Shown here piece after piece: positions 22,365 to 34,629 of a DNA stretch of 64,000 bases. The notes under the pieces are model-generated. The model searched no databases. It worked only from the letters and a program-made list of their open reading frames with translations, and was not told where the DNA came from. Source of the stretch: Albugo candida (taxonomy: Eukaryota); NCBI GenBank assembly GCA_040437565.1, contig JBDOQK010000034.1, positions 186,001-250,000 of the forward strand, in the 5' to 3' direction. Within the stretch, counting starts at the first letter, position 1. Each line of letters starts with the position of its first letter. The position numbers and the translations under genes are program-made.

Positions 22365-25300
22365 GTAGTGAAGCGGGTAAGTCCTTCGATGTATTTCCTG
22401 ACACGTTCGTCCAAAAAGGCAGCTTGATTACTTGCGCTTAGTCATACTCCAGCTAGATAGAGAACACGGACATTTGTGCAGACAAGATCTATAAGGATTG
22501 CAAAAAATTGCTCTCATATATCATTTTTTATCCGATTCCAGATGTAGATCAGCTCGTGAATATAATCGATAATACTAAAAAGCCCACCTATGGCGGTGTA
22601 TCCCTATTCGGCTCGGATCCCCGAAGATTTGAGACTGTTCTTTCACTATTGGCATTCACAGTTGATCGTTGTTGAGACCTGAGAATACTTTCACCGGTCC
22701 TGACAAGCTGTTCACCTACCTTTGTTTTGCCATTATTCACCATTTCCGTGAATTTCTTCCTGACATCTTGAGAAAGTTGAGATAGCTTATTTCTAGTGCT
22801 AGTGAAACCATTTTTCACCCCATTTACTGCTTGTCTAAGCCGAGGGGGTTTGACCGATGAATCAGTAAGAGCAGGCGGAACTATTCTTTTCTCTCTATTT
22901 CGAGCTTCTTGCCTTTCAATGATTCGTGACTTAAAATTCTGGCCCGCTTTTATGACCTGCTTACCGAGCTTACCAACCGCACCATTATTTTAGTTCGCAC
23001 ACCCTGAATTTTCTTTGGAGTTTTGGAGAAAAAGGATCCAACTTTACTTTTCACAATTTCTACAGCCTGGCCAAGCCGGGAGGACCTAGCTGGTGCTTCA
23101 GAGAAATCCTTGTTTCCTCCTGACTTGTCCTGATGCAGCACTATTGCTCTTGACTTGTCCTCATCTGGCACTTCTATTCTTTCATGACGTACTGGTCCAA
23201 GGGAGGACCCGGAGTTATCCTGACGCAGCACTATTGCTCTTTCATTATTTACTGTTCCAGAGGAAGACCCGGAGTTATCCTGACGCAGCACTATTGCTCT
23301 TTGATGATTGCCTGTTCCAGAGGAAGACCCGGATTTATCCTCATATAGCACTATTGCTTTTTCATTATTGACTGATACAGGTGGAACGCTGGGCTTGCGT
23401 TCGTATGGCATGGGCATGATTCTTTTAATTTCATTACTCGTCTTAGTTTCAGTGGATTCGGTGGATTTGGTAGTAGGACGTGTAGTCACCAGCGGTATAG
23501 TATTCGTACTTGAGTCATCTTTTGACGATTCCAGTTGATTAACTTTTTTTCTCTGCATGGTTTCAGTGGTCGGAGGATTCGTTATCGGCTTACTTTGCTG
23601 TGCTGTACCAACAGCCTTCTCGGCATCAGCTCCAACACTCTTCTTTTTGAAAGAACCAGCACTCAGCTCGCTTGAATCCAGTGACTTTAAATTTGTTTTG
23701 GTCGGCTTTAATATTGATTGCAAAATCTCGCCACCTTTACTCTTCATATTTTGTATAGTTGGATTATGCGTAATTGAAAATTTTGCTCTGTCAGTTGCTG
23801 GCATTACTTTTTCATTATAAAGCGTCGCCAACTTGTCTTTTGTGTTGTGGTATGTATCGGAGATTCCAGTGCCGAGAGAATTCGTATAATCTTGCACCTT
23901 TTTTTCCAAGGAAACCTTAGTAGGTTCTAAATAATTGTAAGCAAAATCGATTTTTTTTTGCAACCAAGTACCCCCCAACGTAGCTTTCTGAATNNNNNNN
24001 NNNNNNNNNNNNNNNNNNNNNNNNNNNNNNNNNNNNNNNNNNNNNNNNNNNNNNNNNNNNNNNNNNNNNNNNNNNNNNNNNNNNNNNNNNNNNAATAGAG
24101 ATTGGAGTGCGATCACTGTTGCAAGCCCTGAGTGTAGTGGCAGCGTTGACTCTGGCTCTAGATGCGGAGGGAAGGTCAAACTCTATTCCTAACGAGAGAG
24201 CGAATCGCAATTTTGGCTTTGGATGCTACAAGAAGGATTTCACGGGAGTGAAAAAGCTCTAAGTGAATTTCTCGTAGTCGGAAGTTCAAATAAAACTTGT
24301 TCTAAAACTCAAAATGTTTAGTTGCCAGCTTTCTGCTTTTTAGTGTGCGGTGAGCCAAGGCACCCTTACTTCTGTGGTACGAAAAGCATGTACTATCTTC
24401 TCTCATGATAGCAATACGATATCCTGCTGGAAAATGCACGCTGAGTCATAAATATTCGGGATGCAGATCATGAGGTTGTGGCTTTACAATCATCTCTGGC
24501 AATACCTGGATAAGGACACAATTGTAGGAAGTATGCAAGCATGAGAATATGGCTCTATTAATATACGATTATTTTTCCTATAACCATTGAAGCCTGAGTC
24601 AGCGTGAGGCTTTATATTGAGGCCTGAGTCGACGCGAATCTTACAGTGTCAGAACGACCGCTAGGAAACTTCAAGCAAATCATTTACATGCTTTTCAGCA
24701 CCTACATTACCGCGGTAAAATAAGCGATTGCGTGAGGAATCACAACAGCTTGGTATTCAAGCACTGAGTGAAATACTACGAATCTGCACGTGTTGCTTCT
24801 TCATGAACCGCTCTATATCACATTGAATGGATTTCTGCCGTGAACGCGAAAGGTCTGCATACACGCACCGTCTAGAATCTCACAAACGATGAAACGAGAG
24901 TGCAGCATTTTGCAAGTCTAGACTTGTACCTTCAAGCTGGCTATCATTGTGTCATTCCAAATCTCTTAGATAACCACAATGTGGTTCCTAGATTGGCTTC
25001 GCTGCTCGTCGTTATCTTTGCTTGTTTGACTACAGTGAATATGTTGTAAATCTTGTCACTCCATTCCCAAGCATTTCCATTTGGATGCCGCACATTTCTT
25101 TAATGTTGTCGCGCTTCTTAGCTTCATGACCTAATATAGCCGCTAGCATCATTAGATGACTTTTGTAATTCTCCCCAGCTCATGCTTGCAGACACGCATG
25201 TGAAAACGTGATCTCCGACATACTATTTCATGGCCTGAACTCGTGCTCGTATACCATTTGCTGCATTAGAAAAGACCACTCGGAACTTCTGCGTAATTCA

Positions 25301-25862
25301 TTTATAGACTGAAAGGCGTGTAGGTCACCACCTGTAATTGCTTGTGTATCTGCAGGTGCAAATGCTCGTTGTTGCATGTCATCATCATCTTCCTGTATTC
25401 TTCTTACCAGCTCCTACTCTCGGATGCTGAGCGACTACGCTTAAATGCCAGTTTTTCCTTCTGGTCGAATACATGCTCCATTTCGCCGTGAACAAAACTT
25501 GTCCCGCAAAGAATTATTTTTCCTGCAAAGGTGTTCACTGAACAGGGTAGTTGATATAACTTCCAGGGGTCTAGTACCTAGAACATTGTTGCTGATGATA
25601 CGAGAATATAATCAATCACGCTGTTCACTGAGGGACTGAGTAGTGAAGCGGGTAAGTCCTTCGATGTATTTCCTGACACGTTCGTCCAAAAAGGCAGCTT
25701 GATTACTTGCGCTTAGTCATACTCCAGCTAGATAGAGAACACGGACATTTGTGCAGACAAGATCTATAAGGATTGCAAAAAATTGCTCTCATATATCATT
25801 TTTTATCCGATTCCAGATGTAGATCAGCTCGTGAATATAATCGATAATACTAAAAAGCCCAC

Positions 25863-27412
25863 CTATGGCGGTGTATCCCTATTCGGCTCGGATCCCCGAA
25901 GATTTGAGACTGTTCTTTCACTATTGGCATTCACAGTTGATCGTTGTTGAGACCTGAGAATACTTTCACCGGTCCTGACAAGCTGTTCACCTACCTTTGT
26001 TTTGCCATTATTCACCATTTCCGTGAATTTCTTCCTGACATCTTGAGAAAGTTGAGATAGCTTATTTCTAGTGCTAGTGAAACCATTTTTCACCCCATTT
26101 ACTGCTTGTCTAAGCCGAGGGGGTTTGACCGATGAATCAGTAAGAGCAGGCGGAACTATTCTTTTCTCTCTATTTCGAGCTTCTTGCCTTTCAATGATTC
26201 GTGACTTAAAATTCTGGCCCGCTTTTATGACCTGCTTACCGAGCTTACCAACCGCACCATTATTTTAGTTCGCACACCCTGAATTTTCTTTGGAGTTTTG
26301 GAGAAAAAGGATCCAACTTTACTTTTCACAATTTCTACAGCCTGGCCAAGCCGGGAGGACCTAGCTGGTGCTTCAGAGAAATCCTTGTTTCCTCCTGACT
26401 TGTCCTGATGCAGCACTATTGCTCTTGACTTGTCCTCATCTGGCACTTCTATTCTTTCATGACGTACTGGTCCAAGGGAGGACCCGGAGTTATCCTGACG
26501 CAGCACTATTGCTCTTTCATTATTTACTGTTCCAGAGGAAGACCCGGAGTTATCCTGACGCAGCACTATTGCTCTTTGATGATTGCCTGTTCCAGAGGAA
26601 GACCCGGATTTATCCTCATATAGCACTATTGCTTTTTCATTATTGACTGATACAGGTGGAACGCTGGGCTTGCGTTCGTATGGCATGGGCATGATTCTTT
26701 TAATTTCATTACTCGTCTTAGTTTCAGTGGATTCGGTGGATTTGGTAGTAGGACGTGTAGTCACCAGCGGTATAGTATTCGTACTTGAGTCATCTTTTGA
26801 CGATTCCAGTTGATTAACTTTTTTTCTCTGCATGGTTTCAGTGGTCGGAGGATTCGTTATCGGCTTACTTTGCTGTGCTGTACCAACAGCCTTCTCGGCA
26901 TCAGCTCCAACACTCTTCTTTTTGAAAGAACCAGCACTCAGCTCGCTTGAATCCAGTGACTTTAAATTTGTTTTGGTCGGCTTTAATATTGATTGCAAAA
27001 TCTCGCCACCTTTACTCTTCATATTTTGTATAGTTGGATTATGCGTAATTGAAAATTTTGCTCTGTCAGTTGCTGGCATTACTTTTTCATTATAAAGCGT
27101 CGCCAACTTGTCTTTTGTGTTGTGGTATGTATCGGAGATTCCAGTGCCGAGAGAATTCGTATAATCTTGCACCTTTTTTTCCAAGGAAACCTTAGTAGGT
27201 TCTAAATAATTGTAAGCAAAATCGATTTTTTTTTGCAACCAAGTACCCCCCAACGTAGCTTTCTGAATCAGTTGACGGTTCACTTCATTGCCTTGTGGAA
27301 CCGCCTGAATTGGGGTGGCCCCAACGGATTGATAATCATTTATCAATACTACCAAAAGTAAGAGACGGGGCAACAAATGTGCTCTGAAACGATTGCTAGG
27401 CCCTAATACCAT
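25863..27412 (-). CDS. Secreted RxL-motif candidate effector, family member 1; ORF breaks near 26263-26266 (1-nt frameshift or 35-nt intron 26214-26248)
   Basis: MVLGPSNRFRAHLLPRLLLLVVLINDYQSVGA signal-like N-terminus, then IQAVPQGNEVNRQL. The downstream frame continues with PRLRQAVNGVKNGF, matching the family repeat. A partial artefactual copy lies at 22588-23993. Confidence 0.75.
26400..26645 (-). repeat. Intragenic 60-bp (20-aa) repeat: AIVL-x-(Q/E)D-(K/N)-SGSS, 3 full + 1 partial units
   Basis: NNEKAIVLYEDKSGSSSGTG / NHQRAIVLRQDNSGSSSGTV / NNERAIVLRQDNSGSSLGPV / KSRAIVLHQDKSGG. Confidence 0.9.
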
Positions 27413-28977
27413 CGTCTTGGTTCGATGTAATTGATCAATGTCACGTGATTTGAGCAGTGAACCTTTGCAACGAAAGTGGCAACATTTTAACATTCGAAGT
27501 TTCAACTGTATCCGAGTATGCCACGTCACCCGGATAGCCCCTCACCCAGAAGTGACGGGGCAGCTCAGCTATTGGACGTTTGAGTCCCTGCATTTGATCA
27601 ATGCCACCACATTGCTACAGTAAATATCTGGTAAGGTTTCATTTACACCCACTTGTAAATTGTTGAGCATTCAAAACCCTATGCTTATATAGCAGGTTGA
27701 CTGTTCAAAGCACTAATAAGGACGTGTCACATCCTTTGTCGCTGTTAAACATCATAGTTCTTCTGCCACGTGGAGACTTCGAGGTCGCGATACACCGGTG
27801 AATAAATCTAGCCTCATTGGGGAGGAGGAAAGTGTGGGAGTTTAGATGATCAAAAATCTGTTACAAGTTACTATTTCAAAAACTTCCTCACCCAAACAAA
27901 TGATACACAACTAGCTTTGTGCCATGTCATCCCCCGTTCAGCACAACTTTGACGACTCAACGCACAAGTATCAGAGAGCCTAGATAGAGGACAAGCAGAA
28001 AGAGCAGCATCTTTCCTTTGATGGGAAGTATTGAGTCGCTCCAGCTTTGCCATATTTCCCACTGTTACAATTCGTCGTCGAGTTTCGCAGAGTTAAACGG
28101 TTGGCTTGTAGTGTTTGATCCACTCATAATGAAGGTTTAAAGCAAGATACTTCACTTGACTCAATCATTCTAGAATTCCTTTCAATGATAAGCAGCAAGT
28201 AGGAAGGATAAAAGCACTAATTGAAGTCTTATTCTCTTATTGAGGCTTTGTTGAGAGGATCGCAATATATCGTTATGCACACGCCTCTGTATTTATAATG
28301 TGCTTCCTATAAGCTCCCAAATGACACTCATCTAAGAACACGCATCACACTGTAGCGGATATTCAGAATTATAGGTAAAATGGGTCGATTATGACAGCGA
28401 TCACTGGACTTCACTTCGTAGCTTGGTCTATGTGCTTGACTGTAATGAAAGAGTACCCGTACTGGTATTGGTGGCTCATTTCTGCATTCAATGGATGGTA
28501 GCGCCTTTACATGCCTCTTAAAGTAATTACGGTCCTGCACCCATCACATGACACGGAAGCAATCGCTGACAGGAACTACTAAAACTGCTCATGAGAACCC
28601 AAAAACGTCAACAAGATTGTGTTCAGCTCTACATGGCTCCACTATATCTTCTGAGAGCCTAGTCCATAGGAAAACTGATAATCAGCACCGCTATGACCTG
28701 TGCAGGATGAGTATTTCAACCAACTATCCAAAGTTTCCAATGCATAGGAATAGCTGCGAATCTCCCACACTCTTACCAAATATAATGTAACTATTGGTCA
28801 GATAAGTGCAACAATGCCGTGGGGAAGCACTATAAGTCTGACTTCGCGCCACTTTGAGACGTTTATCACATCACCCTCATCAATCACAGTAAATCGCCTT
28901 GGCTTAATATGATGTCGTCCTGACAGTGAAAAGGTGATTCTTTCAGACAAATATCCATCGATGGCAGAAGTCAGAGG

Positions 28978-31900
28978 GTGAGGAAACGTCTTGCTGGAGT
29001 AATTGCTATTTTGCAGTGTCAAGTGCCTTCATCCTGGTTTGTTGAAAGTAGTGATGAGCTTTCATTTCGCTTGTCCTACTATAGACGAGGTCGTTATGTT
29101 TGTAAAAAAAGACCTTACTCATTCTATTTGTACAGTCGTGCAGCTGGCAAAAGTCTGAGCTTGAATGCCGGACCAAAATGCTCAAGAAGAAGTGGTTTGT
29201 ATCAGCATTTAGAGCAATTATTCAAAGTGACAGAATTTGCTGATAATACATACAATCTCAACGCTTTTCCTCGTTGTGAGAATGAGCACGTTGGTACATC
29301 GACCAAAAAGCCTGCATTCGACCACTCGCTATTGCCTTGTATATCGAATTGTTTTTATGTTTGAGTCTGATAGTTGTAGACGGACGACTTTCGATCTTTT
29401 TTACGGAATATGTTCCAGTCAACAATATCTATCAAGGCTTGCTTATTCTTCGTTTTAAAATGTGTCCTTGAAGTGAATCGTCGCATTGACAAGCTGGTCA
29501 AAATCGGATATATCCCAGATGTCCTATGTCGTTTCTCCCCCACCCAGATATAGAGGGACAATTTATTGTAGCCAGCGCATATCCAGCGAGTATGGGTTTC
29601 AGAGTTTTCTCGAGTCCATTGGGGCGTAAGTTGATGTCTTCTTGCCTCCGGCTATTTCATGATCAGTTTCCTTTCCATTAGGCGATGTCCTCATTGATTA
29701 CTAGTACCCCTGTCATTTCTACGCAACGCGCACCATTCAAAATTGTTTAGTGATAGATTCGAAATATTCTCCTTGCAATTTCAGTCCAACATTCAAGCTG
29801 TTGCTTTAGCTACTTGAGGTCTACAAGTTTCTAATATGCTCGCTTGCGCTCATGAACGTGAAGTTCGATTGAACATAGCGCTGAATTGTGAATGAGACTG
29901 TATGAAACGCTTCTCCTTCTCTAAAGTGAGCCTCACGTTGCGGATTTGTGTAACCAAATCTCTTAGTTCTTGCACTCAGGCGCTCTTCAAAAGCACGAAA
30001 ATCTAAATATTCACTGAAAATTTTTCGTACTCGATGGTCTCATGAATGTTCTATGCCTATATAAGATAAAGTTGAAGCTCCTTTCTTACTCGAAGAATTG
30101 CTCAGTCCAGATAGATATATCGAGTTAACGTAGTTATCTTCGTGGAATAAACAGGCAAATTTTCGCCTACGAAGAGATATTTTCCGGAATAAAGCGCATA
30201 TTCTTTGTGCCATGCACTCCTCTGAGAATGAGAGCAGTCTTTTCTATTCATACAGAACCTTGAAATACGTAAAAGGAATCATCCTTGTACCGAGAGCGTG
30301 ACATTACTTGCACCAATGACTCCATACTGTGGGGTGACACACTTCGAAGCTTACAGCTATTCGTGGTGTTATAGGTTCATTCTCGTAAAATAACGCGAGT
30401 TAGCACTACTCCATGAATTGCATCTTGAGATCATGCGTCCTTTTTGATCTTATGGCCATTACCATTGAACTTATCCAAGTTTGGGATATCTAAATGACAC
30501 NNNNNNNNNNNNNNNNNNNNNNNNNNNNNNNNNNNNNNNNNNNNNNNNNNNNNNNNNNNNNNNNNNNNNNNNNNNNNNNNNNNNNNNNNNNNNNNNNNNN
30601 GCGTCCTTTTTGATCTTATGGCCATTACCATTGAACTTATCCAAGTTTGGGATATCTAAATGACACGAGTAGAGACCCACTTGAAAGCTCTTCATACATA
30701 TTAAAATGAAGCGATCGTACGAGAATCCATGCTGCTCTATTTGTAGTCACCGTATTTTTGAGGTAGATAATACGACTTACGTGATATCGATTAAAGGGGC
30801 AAGACTAAACGAATCGCAACTGAAGTTCACCTTTTGCGACTGCTACAGTTCTAACAATCAACTTGGACTTTGCTGTACAGTACATTGTATCTATTCGGAA
30901 TAGTTGTGCGCTTTACTATTCTGGTAGTCGATGGAAATGGATAGAAGAGTTATATAGAGCTCAACGAAAAGACCATCAGGCTCTTAAATGATTTTTCAAA
31001 ACATATTTGATCACATTGACAAGCAGGCAAACTTACCAATTATAGCTCCAGATGTTGAAAAGAAGCGAAGTATACATGCAGTCTACGTTTACGATTCATG
31101 CATCTCCAGGCGCCATCAGACAGGTATAAACACATCAAAGTGAGTCGTAATGCGCTAATTGTTCTAATTCGAGCTAGCTACTCATATCTCAAGGTATTGC
31201 GCAAAGGAGATACGCGTACGACGCAAGTATTCCTCCACCACAATGAGTATTCGATGAGAAATGACCCTACGAACGATNNNNNNNNNNNNNNNNNNNNNNN
31301 NNNNNNNNNNNNNNNNNNNNNNNNNNNNNNNNNNNNNNNNNNNNNNNNNNNNNNNNNNNNNNNNNNNNNNNNNNNNNAGCTCCAGATGTTGAAAAGAAGC
31401 GAAGTATACATGCAGTCTACGTTTACGATTCATGCATCTCCAGGCGCCATCAGACAGGTATAAACACATCAAAGTGAGTCGTAATGCGCTAATTGTTCTA
31501 ATTCGAGCTAGCTACTCATATCTCAAGGTATTGCGCAAAGGAGATACGCGTACGACGCAAGTATTCCTCCACCACAATGAGTATTCGATGAGAAATGACC
31601 CTACGAACGATTGAATTTAAAAGAAAGATCGTTACACGCCCACGCTCACAAATCTGTTCACTAAACGAAAGCGATCACCTTTCTTTCTCTACAACTTTCG
31701 GTAGCGTCTCAATATCTTGAGGCTAAATGGATCATTCTATGTAAAATGGATATGGATTTGGATATAACTGGTCGGAATAATTGCTTTGAGTTGCCCAATA
31801 CACTTCGAATGCAAAGTAGCGTAATGAACGCATGCAAGTGATTTTCGCTCCAATTATATAGTCCTTGTAGATTATGCATATTATCTCGAGGTGAGATATA

Positions 31901-32500
31901 CTTCTCTGATGGCGAAATGTTGTGATTGCGGTATTTCCGCAAGACTCTCCGATAAATCTTATCACTTTTGAAATATTATGCTCAGTTATTCAACATTCAA
32001 TGCTTGGTCAATCGCCTACGATTTTACCAGGATCATATAGCTATGAGGTGTACATTTCGCAATATCTGAGCCTTATGTCATGCTTGTGAATTCAGAGTCA
32101 CAAGTGCTCCGCGATCGAGCCAAGTCTTCATCGATAATTGATTAGAAAATTATCTGAATGCTGCTGACATGTCCGGGCGAATTCACCGCTTGCCCCTACC
32201 ATCCATCCCTTTGGATCCTGTTCAAGTATTCTCAAGCTCGTCCTGGACGAAATATTCTCATTGGTGAACAATTCTCGATTGTACTGGGTAGTAATTTCAT
32301 GATCTCGTCGGATCGAACTACTACAATGATACGCGGCATGCTAATGTTAGTGTGAAAAAAGGTCTGGTTAGAAATCCCCATAAAAATCTTTGGCAAAACT
32401 TTCAATTCGAGACCATTCTTAAGGTGAAGATGCCATCTTTGTCCAATCATGGAAAGCTTCACAGGTTCATTAATGCATGAGTAATCCTTCGCAGTCAATC
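28978..32500 (+). pseudogene. Decayed Cys-rich secreted-protein gene (CHxC/CCG-like), cassette partner B
   Basis: Signal-like RLAGVIAILQCQVPSSW, then fragments PCISNCFY, PCCSICSH, CCTVHC, PCRLCILSRG and LCHACEF separated by stops. DNA is collinear-homologous to 60200-62760 in inverted orientation. Confidence 0.5.
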
Positions 32501-33618
32501 AGATTTACAACGAGGTAAGATTATCAGGCTTTGTCATCAGCATGCTCTACAGGACTTGTCAAAATATTGCTCGAATGTCTCGTTTACTTTCGCATTAGAG
32601 GTATTATATAAGCTATGATATGATGTGCAGTCTCTTTCCGAGAATAAAATCCTTATGATTGCCCGTTGCTACCATTTTCAGGGCTCGGTCTCCTCAACTT
32701 GTCATTTGAACCGGAATAGGGAAACGTGTCACGAATCTTCGCTTTGGCGTATGTAGCTCCTTCATACAGTTTGTTTTTCGCGTTGCCAATGTGTGAAGTC
32801 ACTGATTCGTACATATTCGTAGCTTTCGATTTGAGCCCCTCAGTCAATGGAGAGATATACTTTCCTGCAGTAGAATAACCCTTTTTGATTGTATCTACAC
32901 CTTGTCGAACCCGAGATGTCTCGGCTGGGACATCAGTTGGCTGAGAATCTTTCGTCGTTGATCCCGATGTGGCCCCAGCCCGTGCATTCGTGATCTCNNN
33001 NNNNNNNNNNNNNNNNNNNNNNNNNNNNNNNNNNNNNNNNNNNNNNNNNNNNNNNNNNNNNNNNNNNNNNNNNNNNNNNNNNNNNNNNNNNNNNNNNATG
33101 AGTAATCCTTCGCAGTCAATCAGATTTACAACGAGGTAAGATTATCAGGCTTTGTCATCAGCATGCTCTACAGGACTTGTCAAAATATTGCTCGAATGTC
33201 TCGTTTACTTTCGCATTAGAGGTATTATATAAGCTATGATATGATGTGCAGTCTCTTTCCGAGAATAAAATCCTTATGATTGCCCGTTGCTACCATTTTC
33301 AGGGCTCGGTCTCCTCAACTTGTCATTTGAACCGGAATAGGGAAACGTGTCACGAATCTTCGCTTTGGCGTATGTAGCTCCTTCATACAGTTTGTTTTTC
33401 GCGTTGCCAATGTGTGAAGTCACTGATTCGTACATATTCGTAGCTTTCGATTTGAGCCCCTCAGTCAATGGAGAGATATACTTTCCTGCAGTAGAATAAC
33501 CCTTTTTGATTGTATCTACACCTTGTCGAACCCGAGATGTCTCGGCTGGGACATCAGTTGGCTGAGAATCTTTCGTCGTTGATCCCGATGTGGCCCCAGC
33601 CCGTGCATTCGTGATCTC
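32477..33618. repeat. Direct duplicate 32477-32997 / 33098-33618 flanking a gap (assembly artefact)
   Basis: Offset 621. The copies abut the gap. Confidence 0.85.
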
Positions 33619-34416
33619 GTTTTCATCTTTTTTGACCGTCTTGTCATCAGTACCACCAGCATGCTTCTTAGAGAAGCCAGGGATGTATGAAGTCACTGTC
33701 TTGTGAATACTCGTAGCTTTCGATTTGAGCCCCTCAGTCAATGGAGATATATACTTTCCTGCAGTAGAATAACCCTTTTTGATTGTATCTACACCTTGTC
33801 GAAGCCGAGATGTTTCGGCTGGGACATCAGTTGGCTGAGAATCTTTCGTCGTTGATCCCGATGTGGCCCCAGCTCGAGCATTCGTGATCTCCTTTTCATC
33901 TTTTCTGACCGTCTTGTCATCAGTACCACCAACACGCTTCTTGGACGAACTACGATATTTCCTAATAGCATCTAGTTTGGTAGACAAAGTTTTTCTGGCC
34001 GACTGTAGAGTAGGATTCTTCTTGATCTTATCCTTCACCTTGTTAAATACGGGTTTGATTTTGTCGCGTGTGAACGCCACCAGCCTGTCTTTCTGCTTCA
34101 TTACTCGGGGTTTAACTTTGTCGCTTATGAACGCCCCGATCATTTCTTTTGCTTTGTCAAACTTTTTTCTGACATAACCACCGCTATTCCGTACATTTGT
34201 TGTAAATTTACTCGCGATTCGCCCGTGCTTTGAGCCAGCATCACTCTTAAAAGGAATTGAATCCAAATTTCTATTCAGTTCACGCTTCAGTTGACTATTT
34301 TGTGGGACTGTTTGGATAGACGCCTCGAAAGCGGAAGAATAGCCATTCAGTAGTGCGAGCGAGATTGAGAGAGGCAAAAAAAGTGCTACGAGTCGCTTGG
34401 TGAGCCGTGCTTCCAT
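33274..34416 (-). CDS. Secreted RxL-motif candidate effector, family member 2 (380 aa) with an internal 91-aa tandem duplication
   Basis: MEARLTKRLVALFLPLSISLALLNGYSSA signal peptide, then IQTVPQNSQLKREL. Lys-rich amphipathic helices; intact single-exon ORF. Confidence 0.85.
   Translation of the reverse strand: MEARLTKRLVALFLPLSISLALLNGYSSAFEASIQTVPQNSQLKRELNRNLDSIPFKSDAGSKHGRIASKFTTNVRNSGGYVRKKFDKAKEMIGAFISDKVKPRVMKQKDRLVAFTRDKIKPVFNKVKDKIKKNPTLQSARKTLSTKLDAIRKYRSSSKKRVGGTDDKTVRKDEKEITNARAGATSGSTTKDSQPTDVPAETSRLRQGVDTIKKGYSTAGKYISPLTEGLKSKATSIHKTVTSYIPGFSKKHAGGTDDKTVKKDENEITNARAGATSGSTTKDSQPTDVPAETSRVRQGVDTIKKGYSTAGKYISPLTEGLKSKATNMYESVTSHIGNAKNKLYEGATYAKAKIRDTFPYSGSNDKLRRPSPENGSNGQS
33415..33942 (-). 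repeat. Intragenic 273-bp (91-aa) tandem duplication
   Basis: KK(RV/HA)GGTDDKTV...SR(L/V)RQGVDTIKKGYSTAGKYISPLTEGLKSKAT occurs twice with several substitutions, so it is a real repeat rather than a gap artefact. Confidence 0.92.
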
Positions 34417-34629
34417 CTACTTTGTTCCGTTCAAGTGTTCTTCTTCTCTCCAACTGATTTATGAAGTCCTCCGTCGCACGAATTCGCAGCCACCAAACGT
34501 TGTCGTTTAGCTTGATCTCTGCGAAGGATACGCTCGATACCCCTGATTCCGAGTACTACTTTTGCTCAGCGATTTAACAACCCACCATTTCTAATGACTG
34601 AGTGTTCTGATATCGCCGCATTGTACAAA
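34417..34629 (-). promoter_or_regulatory. Conserved upstream region of effector family member 2
   Basis: Shares the exact blocks TTTGTACAATGCGGCGAT (34612-34629, reverse complement) and GTAGTACTCGGAAT (34546-34559, reverse complement) with 59370-59387 and 59437-59450. Confidence 0.6.

Larger units (their letters stand above)
20819..27268. repeat. Direct duplicate 20819-23993 / 24094-27268 flanking a 100-N gap (assembly overlap artefact)
   Basis: Offset 3275. The copies abut the gap and give identical ORF translations. Confidence 0.88.

Noticed and set aside
22588-23993. Fourth copy of the RxL effector
   Set aside because: It is part of the 3175-bp gap-flanking duplicate and shares even the frameshift.
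30435-31611. Short direct repeats around the gaps at 30501 and 31278 (likewise 58564-58785)
   Set aside because: Same gap-overlap signature; not biological repeats.
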